Source: Pseudobdellovibrionaceae bacterium | Lineage (GTDB): Bacteria; Bdellovibrionota; Bdellovibrionia; Bdellovibrionales; UBA1609 | DNA length: 64,000 nucleotides | Direction of reading: 5' to 3' | NCBI GenBank assembly: GCA_020635075.1 | Contig: JACKAM010000001.1 | Coordinates: 963,402-1,027,401 of the forward strand | Shown: piece by piece, positions 60,578-64,000 of the stretch | How positions within the stretch are numbered: position 1 is the first letter of the stretch | How the letters are laid out: each line of letters starts with the position of its first letter | The notes under the pieces: model-generated | Databases searched by the model: none | Told to the model about the DNA's origin: nothing | The model's input: the letters and a program-made list of their open reading frames with translations, nothing else | Made by a program: the position numbers and the translations under genes

Positions 60578-61363
60578 GTGAGTAAAGTCCTGGGCCAAAA
60601 GTCTAAACTGGAATCCGAAAAATCTGCTCGATTTTTATGCTTGTCGACTCATCTCGCATCAATTGCCACCAAGGACGGGGTCCACTATCACCCCTATTTT
60701 GATCCAAGACTCAAAGTCTTTTCGTCACTGTCCCCTCAACAGCAGCAAAATGCCCTCTCCTCACTCGAGACGTATATTGGTATCTGTGAGCTGACCCAAG
60801 CCAACGGGGCCCGCTTGCGGGACAACAAATCCCTTCTGTGGTACGCGCTCAAGTCGATGAAGCTACGTTTCAGCTCAGATCTTTTCGATCTTATTAGTGA
60901 AGAAGACACCATTGAGATCTACGACGCCGAGAATATTCAAATTTTTCGCAACCTCCAGGCCATGAGCTTACTCAGCTATTCCCTTGAAGATTTGTTCTGC
61001 CACACGTGGATGGAACTCTTTTCCCGAGAGAACCCTGAGATTGTTGAGAACATCCAAAAGACGGCTATTGAAATGTTCACCAGCAATTCCAATTCCGCAC
61101 GACCGATGAGCCACCTGGGATTCCAAAAAGTGCGCGAAAGCCGCTCCCCTCTAAAATATGAATACAACTTAATGGTCAAATACTTGGCTCCCCTCCTCGA
61201 CGACAATGGTCATGTGGTTGCTTTAATGGCCATTGAGGATGTCCAATCCGTCGGCAAAAAACTGAGTCGTGAAGAAGAGGCCGAGCGATACGCCCAATAC
61301 CAGAGAGAAATTGCCGCCAACCAGATCCGCAAAAAGCGCAGCCCCGACTTGACGATTATCTGA
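60578..61363 (+). CDS. hypothetical protein, possibly PAS-like fold
   Basis: 261 aa with a GTG start. The central DTIEIYDAENIQIFRNLQAMSLLSYSLEDLF...WMELF resembles a PAS core. Recognition is weak. Confidence 0.5.
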   Translation: MSKVLGQKSKLESEKSARFLCLSTHLASIATKDGVHYHPYFDPRLKVFSSLSPQQQQNALSSLETYIGICELTQANGARLRDNKSLLWYALKSMKLRFSSDLFDLISEEDTIEIYDAENIQIFRNLQAMSLLSYSLEDLFCHTWMELFSRENPEIVENIQKTAIEMFTSNSNSARPMSHLGFQKVRESRSPLKYEYNLMVKYLAPLLDDNGHVVALMAIEDVQSVGKKLSREEEAERYAQYQREIAANQIRKKRSPDLTII

Positions 61364-61367
61364 GAAC

Positions 61368-63095
61368 TCAGGAAGCCTTCCTAGAGGGTGGTTGTCCCCA
61401 GTTCAAATCCTTTTGATCCGCAAAGACTCTCTGCCTTGAATTGGAGTTTATGGCACGAATGACCTCTGAAATGGGAGAAAAATCCCCATAGAGCAACGCC
61501 TTGAGAATATCGCCTTGGAACTCCTCAAGGGATCGTCCGCTGAGCTTTCCCATTAGCATCCAGTCGTCCGTCATATTTACCAAAACGCCCTTGTTGCGGA
61601 TTTCAGAAGTGAGCCGATCCGTGAGGTAGTTATTCTCGTTAAAGGTCTTACCTTCATAGGAAAATGACATTCTGTTCAGCAGCTGCCGAGGAACGTGAGT
61701 TCTCAGCGTCAGATGGACATAGTCCTTGATCAGTTGCGGCTTACTTGGAATTTCAAAGCCAAAGGTCTCGCTTTCTGAGAACCATTTTGTCCCCGGAACC
61801 ACTGTCCCCGGGACAATCACCACACTTCCGCTGTTTGGCCTACCTTCGTAGGTCTCAAGAATGAGATCCTTCATTTCGACCCGGGCCTCCTCCGTCATTC
61901 GCGGCATAGGGTATATCCAAGAGGTCGTCAAAAAGATGCCGTTCTCAAGGACGGCTTGAATGACTTCCTTAACACGTTGTTTTTTCTGCCCCTTTTTCGT
62001 GACAACATTAACTAGCAGGTCTTCATCCAGAGTCTCAATACCAATGAAAAGACCACAGAGACCGCTTGCCTTGAGTTTCGGTAGAAGATCAATCTTGGCA
62101 AAGTTGACCGATGTGAAACAGGAGTACCGAATATCCAACCCTTCCTTCAAGACCAAATCAGCGAAGGGGCTCAGGAATTGCCTGGGGGTGTTTGACCCTG
62201 TAAATCGAAATGCATAGGCTCCAAACTTCTTCTGAAGATCCTTGATCTGCCTGACGATCTTTTTTGGACTCTGCAAACGGGTCCCAGACCGGCTAATGCT
62301 CGGATGCACACAGAAGCTACACGTGTTGGGGCAGCCGCGAGATTCATCGATTTGGAAGACCATGGTTTTCTGGCCACTTTCCCATAGGGCGGGGTATACT
62401 TCTTCATCGTAGCAAGGGTCAGGAAGGGAGTCCAAATCAGGGATCACATCTCGTTGATTGGCCGTCAGTTGTCCATCTTCTCCCCGATAGATGAGACCCT
62501 TGACATCGCCGATCTTTTTCTTACCCTCCACATATTCGGCAAACTGTACGATGGCGTTTTCCGCTTCTCCATCGATCAAATAGTCAAAACCGTTAACAGA
62601 CTCCATTAAGTCCTCGCCCACGACTTTAACTACAGGCCCTCCGGCGACCGTCACCACTCCGAGGCGCCTCTTGAGGATCTGGGCCAGGTGATCGGAGAGC
62701 CTCACCCCATCGCCCGAGTAAACCTTAAAGCCCACAAACAGTGGTGCCTCCTGAGATGCTCTCAGGACAAGCTCCTCTGCAATTGTATCCACAATATTGA
62801 GTTGATGCTCAGCCAGGCGTTTCTCCAAATTCAATAGGTCATCTAGAGCACCATGGTCATTCCCTTCTCGGTGAAAAGCATCCAACTTAACACGCAATTC
62901 ATTCCCAATCTCTTGCGGCATAAACAAACGACCGTAGTCAAAGGTCTGGTAGTCGAGAATCAGGGGGCGGTACTCGTGACGTTTTAGCGCCCCAGCCAAA
63001 GCAGCCAAGGAGTTATCCGGATTAAAGGAGCTAGGAGCTATGGACATACCAAACAAATTCACTAACCAAATTGAGGCGGAGGGAGTCTGTGACAT
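61368..63095 (-). CDS. B12-binding-domain radical SAM protein
   Basis: The N-terminal ~150 aa have a Rossmann-like B12-binding layout, followed by GCPNTCSFC (CxxxCxxC). 575 aa. Confidence 0.85.
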   Translation of the reverse strand: MSQTPSASIWLVNLFGMSIAPSSFNPDNSLAALAGALKRHEYRPLILDYQTFDYGRLFMPQEIGNELRVKLDAFHREGNDHGALDDLLNLEKRLAEHQLNIVDTIAEELVLRASQEAPLFVGFKVYSGDGVRLSDHLAQILKRRLGVVTVAGGPVVKVVGEDLMESVNGFDYLIDGEAENAIVQFAEYVEGKKKIGDVKGLIYRGEDGQLTANQRDVIPDLDSLPDPCYDEEVYPALWESGQKTMVFQIDESRGCPNTCSFCVHPSISRSGTRLQSPKKIVRQIKDLQKKFGAYAFRFTGSNTPRQFLSPFADLVLKEGLDIRYSCFTSVNFAKIDLLPKLKASGLCGLFIGIETLDEDLLVNVVTKKGQKKQRVKEVIQAVLENGIFLTTSWIYPMPRMTEEARVEMKDLILETYEGRPNSGSVVIVPGTVVPGTKWFSESETFGFEIPSKPQLIKDYVHLTLRTHVPRQLLNRMSFSYEGKTFNENNYLTDRLTSEIRNKGVLVNMTDDWMLMGKLSGRSLEEFQGDILKALLYGDFSPISEVIRAINSNSRQRVFADQKDLNWGQPPSRKAS

Positions 63096-63214
63096 GGGGA
63101 GTTCAACCTATTTACTTGAGATGGCTACAATCCCCCCTCTATCGGGGGATAAGTGAGAATAATGAATAATAATTTTTATTTTATTTCCGCTTAAAGAAGT
63201 TCACTTTACTGCCG

Positions 63215-63934
63215 ATGCAATTGACCTCAGACACATTCACCTCTTTCTCTGTGACGGAGCGTTTAATGCAGTACCAATATTTGATCCTACCCACCCGACT
63301 TGAAAAAGGGAGTTCTCTCGCCCCTCTGCAAAATGAGATCTACAATCTGTTTAGCATGGTTCATGGACCAGTGACTCACGATTCCATCTCTGGCGATACT
63401 TTTCTCCGCAATGAAGTTTGCACGGGCATTTTTGTGAATCAAAAGGCGGTGGCCTGCCATCAATATTGTTTCTTTAATCTTGAGACCAACGCGGCCACAG
63501 CCAGCAAGTACTTCCAGTCCATTTCCAAAATCTCCTGGGACTTCTTCAAAGATCACAACCTCACCTATGTGATGTCTCTCGAATACCTGACCGTGCACCC
63601 GGACTTCCGCAAGTCCAAGTCTGGCGTAAGCTTCGCTGGAGTTCTGGGCTCTTTGGCCACCATGTACATGAGAGAGCGAAATGCCGATGCAGGCACCGCC
63701 ATCTCCCGCGTGGATCTAAAGGTCGACCGAACCGCGGCTGCCATTGGCTTTGAAACCATTGAATCTGGTCTCAACTGCTTTGGCTACGACTGTTGCTTTC
63801 AGGTCTGTCGCACGGATCGGATAAAGCCCAACGAGGACAGAGGGGCGGGGCTGTTAGCGGAAAAACTCTGGCAATCACGTCGGGACTATACAAATGATGA
63901 CCACGGGCCTGACCGCATTCGCCTTGCGGCCTGA
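63215..63934 (+). CDS. GNAT-fold protein, possibly N-acyl amino acid/AHL-synthase-like acyltransferase
   Basis: LEYLTVHPDFRKSKSGVSFAGVLGSLATMYMRE resembles the acyl-CoA/ACP-binding beta4-alpha3 region of FeeM/LuxI-type GNAT folds. The start may be 63266. Confidence 0.45.
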   Translation: MQLTSDTFTSFSVTERLMQYQYLILPTRLEKGSSLAPLQNEIYNLFSMVHGPVTHDSISGDTFLRNEVCTGIFVNQKAVACHQYCFFNLETNAATASKYFQSISKISWDFFKDHNLTYVMSLEYLTVHPDFRKSKSGVSFAGVLGSLATMYMRERNADAGTAISRVDLKVDRTAAAIGFETIESGLNCFGYDCCFQVCRTDRIKPNEDRGAGLLAEKLWQSRRDYTNDDHGPDRIRLAA

Positions 63935-63954
63935 CCAGGATGAAGGAGTCCCAC

Positions 63955-64000
63955 ATGAGGCTAAATGAATCTCTCACCAACGAGCTGAAACAGACCACCA
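63955..64000 (+). CDS. 5' end of an unidentified CDS running off the window
   Basis: The ATG is preceded by GAAGGAG at 7-nt spacing, and the frame is open to the window end (MRLNESLTNELKQTT). Confidence 0.35.
   Translation, partial: MRLNESLTNELKQTT

Noticed and set aside
1-64000. Searched by eye for CRISPR repeats, tRNA/rRNA genes, IS or transposase, integrase, phage structural genes, toxin-antitoxin pairs and reverse transcriptases
   Set aside because: I recognised none. The only repeats seen are intragenic low-complexity tracts and the single 113-nt inverted repeat. A tRNAscan/Rfam/ISfinder run is needed to confirm absence.

Overview
This is a 64-kb bacterial chromosomal window with GC of about one half by eye. 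It is gene dense, with about 60 credible CDSs, many joined by 1-4 nt start/stop overlaps. I found no rRNA, tRNA, CRISPR array, transposase, integrase or prophage signature.

Recognisable housekeeping genes are sufE, a YebC-family regulator, a pseudouridine synthase, ddl, cdd, apt, bamB with its yfgM-like partner, leucine dehydrogenase and isoaspartyl peptidase.

The rest is dominated by envelope, secreted and signalling proteins:
- three PilZ proteins;
- a membrane protein with two cNMP-binding domains;
- a PAS histidine kinase;
- an orphan receiver;
- a Ser/Thr kinase with a PEGA-like tail;
- an RND/TolC pump;
- many lipoproteins;
- three peptidoglycan-active enzymes (MepA-like, SleB-like, MpaA-like M14);
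- an S8 protease.

This content, together with several sigma28-type promoter matches in front of non-flagellar genes, fits a Bdellovibrio-like predatory lineage. That assignment is inference only.

The candidates most worth a second look are:
1. A translationally coupled operon PilZ / PilZ / PqqD-like polytopic protein with 2x cNMP domains / CPBP intramembrane protease (47.6-52.1 kb).
2. An RND-TolC operon with no recognisable periplasmic adaptor (16.8-23.3 kb).
3. A B12-radical SAM, GNAT-fold and PAS-like cluster (60.6-63.9 kb).
4. A mammalian-type PTPS plus SDR pterin cluster, and a second PTPS paralogue with substituted active-site residues.
5. Three orphan intrinsic terminators and a 113-nt inverted repeat in otherwise unexplained intergenic DNA.

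CDS coordinates follow the supplied ORF track, with starts adjusted only where stated. Hand-derived coordinates for hairpins and promoters may be off by 1-2 nt. All functional calls come from motif recognition by eye; no searches were run.
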